Positions 22,328-35,569 of a DNA stretch of 64,000 nucleotides are shown one piece after another. The translations under genes and the position numbers were made by a program. The DNA is from Eledone cirrhosa. Taxonomy: Eukaryota. Below the pieces are notes generated by a model. That model saw only the letters and a list, made by a program, of their open reading frames with translations. It was not told the DNA's origin and made no database searches. Each line of letters opens with the position of its first letter. Position 1 is the first letter of the stretch. Location of the stretch: assembly GCA_964016885.1 (NCBI GenBank), contig OZ024743.1, positions 225,308,001-225,372,000 of the forward strand, given 5' to 3'.

Positions 22328-25300
22328 ATGGCCAATATAAGAGTTGGATGTGTGAACGTACGCGGCCTGGGGATGCCCTGGAAACAGGGCAAACTCTTAA
22401 ACGACCTCAGGTCGCACAGTATGGATGTGGTAGCCATTTGCGAGTCCAGGATCCACGGCGAGCGACAGCTGGCCCCCATCTTCGATGACTTTGAGATCTA
22501 CGCATCTCTCTGTCAACCGGGGGGTGGGGGCGGAGTTGCCGTTTTGCTGCGGAAACACCTGGGCCTCGTAACACAGACGGTACATCTGGACCCGGAGGGT
22601 CGACTGGTGGTCCTAGACGTTGACGGTAGTGAAGGTGGAGCCTTCAGGCTGGTGGCCGCATATGCCCCATCCGGGACACCGCGGCCAGACTTCTTCAAAC
22701 GTCTAGAGACTTTTCTGGGAACGTCCCGCTCCTTGCTTTTAGTGGGGACTGGAATGGAATCCTAGATGCACGTTGGGACTATGTGGGAGCATGTCCTGAT
22801 AAAGGGGGGTGTAACAGCCTCAAACAGTTAATCGACCGATTTGACCTGGCCGATAGATATCGACTAGATTTTCCGACTGCGCCACTGTGGACGTGGAGTA
22901 ATCGTAGCGGAACATCTAGATCGTACCTAGATAGGGTTCTAGTTAGAAATAAGGATAGGGACATGTTAAGCTGTCCACAAATGTTCATGGTTGCCTATTC
23001 AGATCACGAACTAGTGACCTGCATGGCCAAACTTGATAGAACCCATAGATAAGGACCCGGCTACTGGAAGCTGAACTTGTCGTTACCGACAAGCAAAGCC
23101 TACAGTAGACGGATTAGCACTTTAGTTAAACAGCACTTGACAGCGGCCATTGTCAACAACAGATGGTGGTACTCTCTCAAGAGGGCAGTTAGATTAGACT
23201 CGATAGTTTTTAGTAAAGAATTAGCGTTAGATAGAAATAGAACCGAGAAGGAACTGGTAGATAAAGTAGAAGAGGCAATTAGAAGTGGCAACGTAGCCAG
23301 CGTGCTAGCAACGAGAACGGCCTTGGACCAGTTCTTCGATGCAAAGCACGAGGGCTGCGTTGTCAGAAGCAAAATACGTGCTCTGGGAAACGAGGGAGCC
23401 AAAGCTGTTAACTGGGCCCGAGTGACGGAGGCAAAAAGTGGCAACAAGTCCACGATTCGGTCTTTGAAGGACCAAAACAGACGCGTGATACGTGAGCCGA
23501 AGCAGATGTGTGCGGCTTTTCAGCGGCACTTTGATCAGCTGTTCGGGGGCGGCGGCGCGCCGGGAGAGGCTATGGATTTCGGTCCATACCTCGACGGCCT
23601 ACCGCGACTCTCGGACAGCGAGGCAAAGTTCTGCGAAAAGTCGATTTCAGCCACTGAGATAGGGGACGGGCTGAGCCAATGCGGCAAACGCAAATCTCCA
23701 GGTCTCGACGGTCTACCCTACGAATTTTACGTAGCAATGCCGGACTTATTCTCCGGTCTCCTGGAAGCGGTCTACTGCAACTGGCAACAGAACGGGAGAA
23801 TTCCCAGTTCTGTAACCGGGGGCGTGGTCACACTAATCAGGAAGGACGAGAATAAGGGGGATGACATAGGCAACTTCCGGCCCATAACTCTGCTAAACAC
23901 AGAGTTACAGATTTTGGCCAAGGTGTTGGCAAAGAGGCTGGCACTTGTCGTCGAGAACCTGGTGGGAGAAGCGCAGATATGCGCAATCCCGACCAGGTTC
24001 ATACACGACAACCTCCACCTCATGCGATACATCATAGAGAGGGTAGGGTGTAAACCCGGCTTCGGTGGGGCCCTGATCAACTTGGATCAGTCTAAGGCTT
24101 TCGATAGGGTTGACCATCGTTACCTGGATGCGGTACTCGAGGCGGCAGGCTTCGGACCCGTGTTCAGGGGCTGGATTGCTGCAATGCACAACAGCAACAT
24201 CTGCTCAAGGGTCAAGGTGAACGGCTACCTCTCGGAGCCGTTCCATATTACGCGATCCATTCGACAGGGATGCCCTCTCTCCTCCCTTCTGTACGTACTG
24301 ACTCTCGAGCCACTACTGCGGAAGCTGGAGCTATTGCAGGGCATCCCTCTGGAACCGGGACTGCGAAAAGCGGCGTCAGCCTACGCCGACGACGTGACAG
24401 TAATGGTGTCGAGCGCCTCGCAAATCGAGGAAGTCGGCACCTTACTGAAGGAATACGAAAGTCTCACAGGAGCGAAGCTGAACTGGGACAAGTCCATCGG
24501 TTTGCAACTCGGATCGTGGAGAGGCAGACCGATGCCTTCCGATGGCGTCGTTGGATGCTGGACGGAAGGACCGGTAAAGCTGCTCGGGGTGTGGTTTGGT
24601 CCGGACCTCCAGGTGGAGAAGAACTGGAACGAAGTGACGGCCAAGGTGTTTGCACTCACCCAGAAGTGGGCCAAGTGCAAACTATCCTTGAAAGGTCGAG
24701 CGGAGGTGGCGAACACTTTTATAGCGTCCGCCATCTACTACCGCTTGACCGTCGTGCCTTGTCCAGCCAAAACGCTCGCCAAAATGGAGCGCCCGCTCTT
24801 CCGATTCCTTTGGAAGAGGCGGGCTCCTTTGGTGAGAAGATCCATCTGCTGCCAACACCCTTCTAACGGAGGGCTGGGGATGCCGTGGTTGACGATGCGC
24901 AAACACGCGCTCAGGCTGCGGCATCTCTATGTATTCCTCACCGGACAACCGGTGTGGGCCCCGTTCGTGAGGCGAGCCTTCCCACGACTCGTCTCGCTGA
25001 CCGAGCTGCAGTCCTGGGTCAAGCAAAGACCAAGGAAAATGGGCGACTGGCACATCGAATGTGCTCAGGCGCTCACAGCCCTCTGGCAGGCGGACCCGGC
25101 GATCAGTGGAGACTCCACTTCGTCATTCTATAGAGGGTTGGTCCGCAGCAAGTGCGACGACGCGCTCGGTGAAACTCTAGGCGTAGAGGAAGATGAACTG
25201 GCCAGTCTGTTCGGTAGGACCTTCCGCCCAGGACCGATGGACAACTTCCAAAAGTCCCTGGCCTGGCAGTGCTACTGAGGAGCTCTACCAGTTCGAGACA

Positions 25301-25763
25301 AGCTCTACAGACATGGGCGCCCGGGCAGGGACCCTGCAAAAAAGATCTGTCCGAGGTGCGTGCGAGACGAAGAAACCGTCGCGCACGCATTCATACACTG
25401 CCCGGGCGTCACTGACCTGTGGGGCTATGTAGAATGACTATTGTCGCGGTGGGACCAATCCAGTTGACCACCGAGTCCATTGTCATGATCAAACCGCCAT
25501 CCTCCCTCAAAAACGAAGGAGAGGCGGTTTTCCTTTGTGTGATAGCTATGGCGAAAGAGGTTGTATGGTGGACAAGGTTGAAAGGGCTGAGGTCAGACAC
25601 CTTTCTCTCCGGCCAACAACTGATTCTTTTTTTCAAATACCACTTTGGAAGAAGAATCAGGATGGAGAGAGAGGTGCTGTACCCCAGCAAGTTTTATGAA
25701 AGGTGGGTGAAAGTGGCGAGAATGGCCCGAGTGAATGGGCCTTCTCTCTATATCAGCCTGTAG
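22328..25763 (+). pseudogene. Tx1/L1 ORF2 (APE + RT + zinc finger) with stops and frameshifts; longest piece 23077-25278
   Basis: NVRGL, YLDR, SDH, KSPGLDGLPYEFY, FRPITLLN, DQSKAFDRV, RQGCPLS, AYADD, GGLGMP. Confidence 0.92.
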
Positions 25764-26087
25764 GTTGAGGAAAAGAAGGAGGAGAGGAAAGGAGTACAAA
25801 CTCTTCGTACTCCTGGAGATGAGGGTTGCACATTTTTTTTTCGGGGGTATGTGTTACCCATATAAACTGTCTCCCTCTATTGGGGAAAATCGACTAACTT
25901 TTTAAATTCCATTTGTGATAACATTTTACACGTTTTTATTGTATGTAAACTTCCCCCTTTGTATTTGTCCCCTTCTTTTGTGCCCCTGTGGCTAATAAAG
26001 AAATATATCTATCTCTCTATCCATTCATTCACCCATCTTCTGTCTATCTACCTTATTATTATCCATTATTTTGTATATATATGTGAA

Positions 26088-26280
26088 TTGGCAGGTGAAT
26101 TGGCAGTATCAGTAGAGGGTTGGACACCATGCTTTGACGTATAGAGTTACGGCCCTTGCCATTCTGAGTTCAAATCCCGCCGAGGTTAACTTTGCCTTTC
26201 ATCCTTACGGGGTCGATAAAATAAAGTACCAGTAATGTACTGGGTAATTGCTGGCCTTGTGCCAAAAGTAGAAACAATTA
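26088..26280 (+). mobile_element. tRNA-derived SINE, second family
   Basis: TGGCAG A-box-like and GAGTTCAAATCC B-box motifs, body GCCTTTCATCCTTACGGGGTCGATAAA; related copies at 39150-39310 and 63191-63284. Confidence 0.75.
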
Positions 26281-26333
26281 TTTTGTATATATATATTTTT
26301 TTAAAATTATTATCCATTATTATTGTTAAAGGT

Positions 26334-26420
26334 TTTATGTAAAACCCCTGCTGTCACGTCTTGTAATGTCCCATTTTTGTATGCCCCTGTGGCAAATAAA
26401 GAAATATATCTATCTATCTA
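26334..26420 (+). mobile_element. Short 3'-end fragment of a related Tx1/L1 element
   Basis: TGCCCCTGTGGCAAATAAAGAAATATATCTATCT matches 25981-26014. Confidence 0.75.
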
Positions 26421-26657
26421 TGCTGACTGCTGGATTGCACACTGTCCTTACACGTGCCCTCAAAAGCTGTCTATCCATAATTAATGTTCTGAACTTTCCT
26501 GCACTATCCACTCTTGTATATTACAGCAGGCTATCAATGGATTTGTTGTTATAACTGTTAATATATAGCTTAGATATATCCCATCTATCAGATAACCATA
26601 CAGCTAGAGACTACCCTAACTTAACATAACTTAATCCTTCCATTCTCATATTTTTAA

Positions 26658-26770
26658 TGGTGAAGACATGTGATCTAGTGGTTAGGGTGTTGGACCCATA
26701 ATCATACAGTTGTGGGTTTGATTCCTGAACAGGGTGGCATATTATGTTCTTGAGAAAGATGTTTCATGCT
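26658..26770 (+). mobile_element. tRNA-derived CORE-like SINE fragment
   Basis: Similar to 36684-36820 and to the reverse complement of 11050-11222. Confidence 0.65.
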
Positions 26771-26859
26771 GCTTTTTATGGTAGGGATGGGGCCCCTAAC
26801 ATTAAAGCACTTAAGAAACCTCCTATGTGATTCACCTTTGTATGAGGCCATTTTTATTT

Positions 26860-27325
26860 CATATTTCTAAAGGCATACACTGTATTTTAATTAATTAATG
26901 AAGAATTTGGAGAGATGTACTAAAATTATTAATTATTTCATTATCAAGATATCATCTTTAACATATCTTAAAGTGTTTTTACATAAATCAGGTTGGAAAG
27001 TTTTCATTTAAACAGGAACTTTTTATAGTGCATGATTTTGTGGCATAGAACCAGAGGCAGTTATGAGCAAGTTGTTATTAAAAGGATTAACCCTTTCATT
27101 ATCATATTGTTAATGACATACACTGTTTCAATTAATTCATGAAAAATTTGGTGGGATTTACTAAACTTATTAAGCATTTCATTATGAAAATAGTATTTCT
27201 AGCATAATTTAACAAAAGTTTTTATATAAAATGTTGAAAGATTTTAATTTAACAGGGAACCATTTAAAATGGAGAATTTATTCATAGAACCAGAGCCAAA
27301 TTTTGCCAGGTTTGTATCAAATCCT
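26860..27325 (+). mobile_element. Two tandem copies of an AT-rich piggyBac-type MITE
   Basis: Shared body (TACACTGT...AATTAATT..TGAA...ATAGAACCAGAG); junction TTAA-CCCTTTCAT at 27087. Confidence 0.6.
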
Positions 27326-27718
27326 TTCTCAAATTGTAATGGATCAGAATTCAATTTTTTTTTCTAGAATGGAAAGTAAGAGAATGGAATGTATTGTAGA
27401 TTAACATTCCCAGACAGACAGGCTTCTGTTTTGCTTGTAGTAAAAGGGAGAGAGGCCAATAAAACGAAATGTCTTAGAGAAATAATGCAAATTTACAATC
27501 AACTGTGCAAATATATTTGACTACCCCAGTTCAAAGTAAATTATCTGCTGTTGAAGTCTGTTTCATATGACAATAGCAAGTACTTCTACTTCATAGCATT
27601 AAGGTGTATATGTGTGAGGTGAGGTGAGGTGAGGTGAGGTGAGGTGTGTGTGTGTGTGTGTGTGTGTTTTTTTATTTATTACTCAACCCACTTTTTTTAT
27701 TTTGTATAACTGAAGCCT

Positions 27719-28223
27719 TTAACCCTTCTGATACAATATTTCTAATGAAAAACACTTCCCATATGCTTTAAATTATTTTGAAAATAATCAAGAATTTGGA
27801 TGGATTTAGTAGTATAACAATCATTCACATTAATGATAATGATAATGGAAATTATTGTGTACAGTGCTCAGGTACACTAAAACTTATCAAAGGTACATAG
27901 AATAATGTACAAATGTCAGAAAAGTGAACAGTGTATAAGTCATGATATACACACAGATACATGTGTGCATGTGTATGGCGGGGGAATATCAGGTGCAGTG
28001 TTGGTGAATTTTGGGAAGCATGGAGGTTTTAGAGGATAGTGTCCTGACAGCTAACAACCGATGCAGGTAGTTTGTTCCATGCTGATGTTTGAATCAAAAC
28101 TTAAAGTTTCTCACACAGAAACATGATGGAAGGTTTTTAGATAAATATAAACATTTAAAAACAAACAGTTCTGTGTCGTAAAACCAGGAAAAGTTTCTGA
28201 TAGTTTGGTATCAATGGGGTTAA
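27719..28223 (+). mobile_element. piggyBac-type MITE interrupted by a CR1-like fragment
   Basis: TTAA-CCCTTCTGATAC ... GTATCAATGGGG-TTAA termini. Confidence 0.65.
27836..28083 (-). mobile_element. CR1/L2-like LINE 3' end
   Basis: Minus strand reads AWNKLPASVVS, then UTR and a short (ATTATC)n tail. Confidence 0.6.
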
Positions 28224-28289
28224 ACTAATATTAAATGAGGCATAATTTAGACAAGGAAGTGGAAAATAATGTTCTCAACAGTATAAAAT

Positions 28290-28872
28290 CTGAAGTGTCA
28301 ACTTTTTTCCATCCTGTACTTATCTTGACTACTATGCTTTCAGTGCTCCTCCATTGCTAATTAGATCACCTAGGTCGTAAAAGCTATCAACCTCTTCTAT
28401 AAATCCTTCCAGGGATTTTAAAAAGTTTATTTCACTGATGCTTTTACTATCAACTATCCCAGTGCTTCTGTTACATACAAAGTCTACTGTTTCAGTTATT
28501 CTGCTTGCTATCTCACTACACCTCTTGTGTACCCAAGACATACATTGTGTATAGCATATACAGTTTCAATCTACATATAGAGCAAGGCCACTTCCCTGAT
28601 GGGATGAAGGTCCTGTCTGCTTTACTACTTACTAAAACTTTACTTTTTCCCAAGTTTACTCTTAGCTCATTTCATTCTAAGTTCTGTTTTCAAAACCAGA
28701 ATTTTTTCTGTAGCTCTTCCACATATTTGGCTATAGGAACCATATTGTCAGCATGCAGAATTTCTCATGGGCATCCATTTTTAAACTCCTCTGTTATGGC
28801 CTGGAGAATTATAATAAAAAAAAGTGTGCTGAAAACTGAGCCCTGATAAACACCTACCTGCATATTGAATTT
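28290..28872 (-). mobile_element. Degraded RTE RT fragment (PHD-containing family)
   Basis: SWVHKRCS..FVC and EVDSFYDLGDLISNGG; remnants of EFKNGCP and SGKWPCS. Confidence 0.8.
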
Positions 28873-28910
28873 CACCAGTTAAATAATATAAAATAGATGC
28901 TCTAAACAGC

Positions 28911-29274
28911 TACTCTCAGATCTTGAATAATCACCCAACCTCTCTTCGCTTATTAACTTTTCAGATTTTTTCCACCCCCATCCCCCTCCTCTGCTTTTAT
29001 TCCATTCCACCTCCACCCTTGCTTATTAAATTTTGCTAATCTATCACCGGTGAAATTTTATTGTAAGTGATTCATATTGATACAGCAGTGGGAGAATCTA
29101 AAAATTTATTTCACATTAAAAAACATATGACAAAAAAAAACATTACAAGAAATCCCATATTTACGAACGTACACTATACAATTACCAATTCCACCCCCCT
29201 GCTCATAAGAATTTAAGGCAAATGTCTAACCCCCGCTTATTCCCCCCCCCCCCATTATTTGGGACCCAAGAGTA
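28911..29274. mobile_element. Tc1/mariner-type MITE
   Basis: Imperfect TIRs TACTCTCAGATCTTGAATAAT / ATTATTTGGGACCCAAGAGTA with TA ends. Confidence 0.5.
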
Positions 29275-30168
29275 TTTGGAAATGTTCTAAACTAATGTCC
29301 CAGTATAATTTTTCTTAAAACTCTTCAAAGTTTTACTAACTACTTGTAGTAGTATTCCAGCTATCACTAAAATGATTTCCCACACATTTCAATAACTTAC
29401 TGTTTTTTCTGCTTTTGTCAGTTCATTATATCCAAGAATGTATTCATCTCCCATTTCATTCTATTATCACAAGGAAAGCTCACCCATTTTAATCATGTTT
29501 TTTTTTATCATCATGACAATGTTTTTTACTACATGATAATATGATAATATTGACTATTAAGATTTCATTAGATGTTGATGCTATCATTTTCAATAAATAA
29601 ACCTTCTTTTTTTTTCTATCAAGTATGTATGTTCCACTAAGCTCTTACTGAATAATTTAGACAGTATTGTCATGACACCATCATGCTTTCTTTCAACTAG
29701 CTTCTTACATTCAAATGCTACTACTATTCCTACTACTACTGTTACTGCTACTATTCCTACTACTGCTGCTGCTCCTGTTGCTGGTACTGCTGCTTATGAT
29801 GATGATCATGATGATGACCAAAAAACAGAAAAAGTTTAAAAAAAGCAAAAGGAAAAACAATCACCTCCACCTACCCAAATCATCCAGTACATAACAACAA
29901 GTGTTTTAAGGATGGTTTCCCTGACTAAAACAGAAGGTAGCCATGCAGGCACCATGGCGAGCTTCTCTATTTTATCCTATCATCTGCACCCCAACCCTTT
30001 CAACAGGCCCTGGCTTTCATTTCCTCCTCCATCATTTCCACGTCTTTTTTTTTTATATTTTCCTTCCTTTACTACATTCCACATTCATTTCCATCACTCC
30101 TCTCACACAGCCACTTCCATAATTCCTCAACACATGATTCAACCTTCTCATTCCATTTCCCTTTACAA

Positions 30169-30470
30169 CAGTCATGGGCAACCTGCAGCCCGCAAAACTT
30201 TCTGAATGGCACGCCTAAGTCACCTAAGTGAAATCTTTCTGATTTTTTTACCCCAACTTTTCAGTCATAATTTATCTTTCTATCATTTTTATGATCGAGG
30301 AAAACAACCTGTACAAATTTTGAAGAAACAAATCAAAACAACCTGAGTTACCGCCCCCCCCCCCCCTTTTTTTTTTATGTGGGCACAAATGTAAATTAGC
30401 GCTTGCAGCCCACCTGATGATGAGCCATATCTCATGTGGCCTGCTTTTCAAAAAAGGTTGCCCATGCCTG
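30169..30470. mobile_element. hAT-type MITE
   Basis: TIRs CAGTCATGGGCAACC / GGTTGCCCATGCCTG; imperfect 8-bp TSD CTTTACAA/TGTTACAA. Confidence 0.75.
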
Positions 30471-30549
30471 TGTTACAACATTCACCATTGGTTCTCTTCC
30501 CATCATCCTCAGTAAATTATTGTTTGTCTTCCTCTTTCTCAAGAATACT

Positions 30550-30680
30550 TTACTCTTCTTCTACTGAACTATTCACACTTTCTTTCTTTTTAGGTTTCTC
30601 CATTGCTTTGCATTCATCACCCGTGGCACATCTCATGCATGTAACATATAAATTAGATTTATATGTTGGAGGTATAACAA
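30550..30680 (-). CDS. Candidate terminal exon of an unidentified host gene
   Basis: Acceptor ctctgatag; phase-1 start compatible with exon 35570-35676; VIPPTYKSNLYVTCMRCATGDEC...EEE*. Confidence 0.25.
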
Positions 30681-32339
30681 CTATCAGAGCAGAATAGATA
30701 AAATTTAATAAAACCATGGAGTAACCTTTAGTAAGCATTGCTGAAAACTATGTGGTAGTAGGTAAAGCTAATGAAAAGACAAATATTCAACAATAAGATT
30801 TGATAAATTTCATGTTATGAAGATTTAAAAAAAACAACTAAATATTTCATTGAATTTTATTTTCATAATTAACTGAAGACACCTGTTGAAAAAAAATTCA
30901 ATCCTAATGATATAAAAATCTATTTTAAAGAATTCTCAGCAGTAAATAAATATGTTAAAATAACTATATTTATGTTCTATAAATAAACATTTCTTTCCAG
31001 TTTGGTTATCCTAGAGAGAAAAAAAATTTATTTTAATTTGATCTCTCATCTGACATGTAATCCAAATTAGACTAAGCTCATACTGCTAGAAAATTGATTT
31101 TTGCTTTCATGCTGAAGATTCATTTCCTATCAATGGAACAGCACACAATAATTATTTACCGATATTTATATTAAGAGATGAGAAAATGTCTACATATTAT
31201 ATTTAAAGCCAACCAAAATAATGGAAGTTGTTGTTGTTGTTATTATTATTATTTTGTCTCTCTTCTACTTCAACTGATTTCCATTGAAATTTCAGTGAAT
31301 CAATTTAATTAAATGTCAGGAGAAATTAGTTCAGTGATTCTATACTTAGCTGTCATGACAATTATAATGCCTATTGGATTCCCCCCTGAGAATTACATAT
31401 ACGTTACTTTTGCAGTCTTTCTAAATTCTTTCTTTTAATCTTTTACTAGTTTCAGTCAAACTGCAGCCATGCTGGGGTACCACCTTGAGTTAGTCGATCA
31501 TATCGACCCCAGTAATTTTTGTTTTTAAGTCTGGTAGTTATTTTATTAGTCAATCTTTTTTTTCAATCTGCAAAGTTATCGGATATAAACACAGATACTA
31601 ACATAAACGTAAACATTGTTACATACACACACACACACATATATATATATATGTGTTTGTATGGATCTATAACTCCTAGTGGAGTTGAATGGGCGCCATA
31701 GGGAAACATGACGTTTCTTGGGCTTTTTAAACCTGACAAAGCCAATCTCCTCTCTAAGTCTGAACAAAGAAGGTGAGAGACTGTGAAAGAGGAAATGAGA
31801 AAAATGTACAAGAAGAGTTGACCCCATTACTGAACTGGTATTTTTTTTATTGACCTTGAAAGGATAAAAGACAAAGATGACCTCAGTGGAATTTGAAATA
31901 TATACATACATGCACACACATATATATATATATACACACACACACATATATATATTCAGTATACAAGGATGCAATTCACCTCTAGCACTCAACGTCATAT
32001 TACTTCCTAAAAACAAAGATGATGTAGTATATTAATAAAGAGGTCGCATCTTCCTCTTTATATATACATAATAACTAACAAATAGTTTATCGCTCTACAT
32101 GTAATTTGAGTTTTTCGAATATTAATAATAATATTCGATTCATTTGTAATTATGCAAATAGCCTCTTTAAGCCATGTCTGTAGAGTGATGCCGTCATTCT
32201 TGCTCTTGTGTTGGCATATAAACAGAATGGCAGACACTAATGTTTCTGAGTGATTACCCTTCATCAGTACCATATACTGCTTACCTGCCAACTGTCAGAG
32301 CTGGTGAAAATATATGATATTTTCTGAAATATATAGTGA

Positions 32340-32446
32340 CTGATCGACTTGATTTGCATATTAGCAGACTGCCTGATCAGTCAGATCTGCATATTAGCAG
32401 ACCCACTGATCAGCCAGATTTGCATATTAGCAGATAGGCCAGTCAG
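32340..32446. repeat. Three ~33-bp tandem units containing GAT(T/C)TGCATATTAGCAGA
   Basis: Direct reading. Confidence 0.85.
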
Positions 32447-34458
32447 TTTCATGTATACGTGCAAGTAATGGCTGGCTTTGCCATATTCAAGTAACTAACA
32501 AATAGTTTTATCACTCTACATGGCTGAATACAATAATATCTAAAATCTCTTGTTGGTAGTATAACTAACAACACTAAATATGTCAGCAATATTAACTGTT
32601 GTTGGTACAATGCAAATTAGAAATACAAGAGTGAAAACTAGTCACAAAAACAAAATAAGAGTTTACACTTTTACCTTATATTTCATAATATTTCAAGGCT
32701 AGGACCACTTTTTCATAAGAAAAGAAATGTAGTGTGCTGTTGGTGAAAAATTTCCTTCCTGCTCTGTGCCTACTGGATGTAAAGAGCAGAATTCTAAAGA
32801 TGATACAGTCTGAGAAGTTCATTAAAGATTTTCTAGGTCCCAAGTGTAGAAAGAAAGGCTTTTGTAGGTATTGTAGTTGAAAGTTGGTATAATTTACAGT
32901 ACTTAGTTTAAAGGTTTATATTGACAGATGTATTAAATCTTTCTTTGATCAATTTGATAGTTTTGGTCTAAGGTTTTAGTACACTTGCTAAAAACTCTGT
33001 GGCAGCCCTGTCACTAACTTGTCAGTTTTGCATTTAACATTTATGAATATTCCCATGTAACATCTGTATATGTTCATTTATGTGTAACTGGTCAGTTTTA
33101 TTGCATTTAAGGTTTGTATCTATTGTTAAGATTTATTCCTTCTGACCCTCTTTGTGGTATTGGGTTATGCAACCTTTGTGCATCTATCCCATGCCTCCCA
33201 GGACAGGTAGCAAGCCCATTGCCAGTTCTCACAACATTGGATGGAGACTGCAATATATTTCTCAGCTTAAAACAGAAATCATTTGTAGTATTTCCGCAAA
33301 CTCTGTAGGAATGGTAGGGGACGATAGAGTCGTTGGTTGTTGAGAAGTAACGGAAGAGGAAGACATTGGTTCCTGTTGTTGATGATGTTCTTCAACAGGA
33401 ATGGTAGCGGAGCCATGGCTGTCAGTTTTTGCAGTTCAGCAGCAATGGTAGAGGAAAACACAGTTGTTGGTTTTTGTTGTTGTTGTTCAACAGCAATGGT
33501 AGAGGCAGACACACAGGCGAGGCACTGAAAGGACCAATTTGGTAGCTGGACCATTTCCCAGAGTCCATCCATCATAGAAATATGGTGTCTCTTTTTTTGA
33601 CCTGGGATCTTTTGAAAGTTTGTGGCACATTGAAACCACAACATTTACCACATTCAACCCATCAATTTCAGGAGTTCTCGGTTCTCATAAATGACAGATG
33701 TGATTTTCTGGGCAATGTTCTATTTTGGAACAGTGACCAGTTTTATCACACACTTCATCCATGGATGTCACCATAGCAATTTTGTTCTGTCTGTCCATCA
33801 GTACAGTAGAACAAAATGTAAACAAATAGATATGCTGCGTAAGTTTAGCACACTTGTTAACGAGATAAATAAAAAAAATTTTTTTTTTTTTGTTCCCGTT
33901 TTCCTAAGTATTGTGTGTGTGTGTATACAAAAAGATCTGCACATGTATATATAATTAAAAGGTGTATGTGCGTTAGAAATGAAGTCAATTTCCAGAGTGG
34001 TTTTATAAGGTACTCTACGATGGTTACTATAGTGTCTTTCATACAAAATAGTTTGATTTCTTTTCACTTTGTGTGCATATGCATGTGTGGAATCTATCTA
34101 CATATAAATCTGTGTGTATATTGCTGTTTATAGAATTTGGGGTGTACTTACTGTGATCCCTACGGGATGCAGTGATTTTTTTTTTCTATTCATGTCTACA
34201 CATGGTTTGTTGGCGAAAATCAGATTTACTACATTAAAGTGATGTTATGTTGAAACTGGTTCTACAAGTCAGGGAATAGTGAAAGTATTTGCAATACTGA
34301 ATATTGTAATCCATCTCACATGTGTTAAGAGGGCAGTTTTCGGTGATAATATTATATTTAGATAGGAGAGTTGTTCCTTGCGTCCTTCCTTGTTGCCATT
34401 TTGTATATATATGTATGGTACATAGTAGACTGAGAAACCAAATAAAGCCACTATAGCT

Positions 34459-34663
34459 TTAACCCTTTCATAATCATATTTCTAATGAAATATACACTAT
34501 TTCAATTAATTAATGAAAAATTTTGAAAGATTTACTAAAATTATTAATCATTCCATTACTAAAATAACTTAACATGTGGTTCTATTTTTGAAGATATTAA
34601 TTTAATTAGAAACACTTAAAATGGATGGTTTTGTTTCATAGAATTAGAGTAAAAAAAGGTTAA
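34459..34663 (+). mobile_element. piggyBac-type MITE
   Basis: TTAA-CCCTTTCAT...AAAAGG-TTAA; body similar to 27087-27325. Confidence 0.65.
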
Positions 34664-35569
34664 CCACATAAATACGCAAACTGTTTAATGTTTCTTAATT
34701 TAGAAAGCCATGGCACAAAATATAATCATTTGGATATTGTTCATTTATTAGAAATTAAACTGCAGAAGTAGTGACACAGCTGTAGATACTTTACCATTCT
34801 TATTATTATTGAATCTTCCTTCAAATTTTATTGAGCAGATCCATCTAATAGAATATTCAATTCAATAACTACAATTTCATTTAATATCCTAGAATAATTC
34901 CTTTAGTAGAGCAGATTAATCATTGAAATGAAATACAATAAAATCTACAGCTCACACCTATGCAAGTTTAACTGGCTTCTTACAAGTTGACATCTCATAA
35001 GCTGTTTCTCAGGTGATTTAATGATAGCAGTCCTATCATGGAAAGTAAAGTGAAATGAAATGCCTTGTTCAAAAACACAATGCACACCTAATCCAGGAAT
35101 TGGACCCCCAACTCTAACAAGTAAGCCACATTCCTTCATAGATTAGTCATTGCTCTACCTTGAGATCGATTTCAAACATTGGAAACTAATTGGCATTTAA
35201 TTGTCTAAATATTGATTCATAAGCAACAGAAATGTTATGGTCTCTGACATCTTTAAACATTTTCATATCAACCTAGTCTAAACCAATTCTGGTTCTAGGA
35301 AATAAAACCACCCAATTAAATTCAAGTTTTCCATCATAATTTCATATAAGAATCATATGTTAAATTACTATCTTCTCAATGAAATAATTAATAATTTTAA
35401 TAAATCACTCGATATTCTTCATAAATTAATTGAATTAATAAATCATTAGAAATACAGTCATGAAAGGGTTCATTCAAATTGAACATTAAATAATTGAAAA
35501 AAAGAAAAGAAAGAAAGAAGTAAAGCTAACTTGGAAGGAATGAAAAGAGAATAAAAGTTGATTTCTTAC

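Larger units (their letters stand above)
20645..26012 (+). mobile_element. Two-ORF Tx1/L1-clade LINE, near full length but disrupted
   Basis: ORF1 with CCHC knuckle; ORF2 with APE, RT and C-terminal CPRC..ETVAHAFIHC; AATAAA near the end; (TATC)n on both sides. Confidence 0.92.

Noticed and set aside
24270-24866. Overlapping 198-aa ORF inside the Tx1 RT, and antisense ORFs across the LINEs
   Set aside because: Expected shadow frames of GC-richer coding sequence; no recognisable motifs
26088-26180. tRNA genes at SINE heads
   Set aside because: A/B boxes only, no cloverleaf, and followed by SINE bodies
30414-30440. CTGATGA as a hammerhead core
   Set aside because: No downstream GAAA or stems; lies inside a hAT MITE
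34795-34888. Additional minus-strand exon
   Set aside because: A donor is present, but the frames compatible with the upstream exon contain stops
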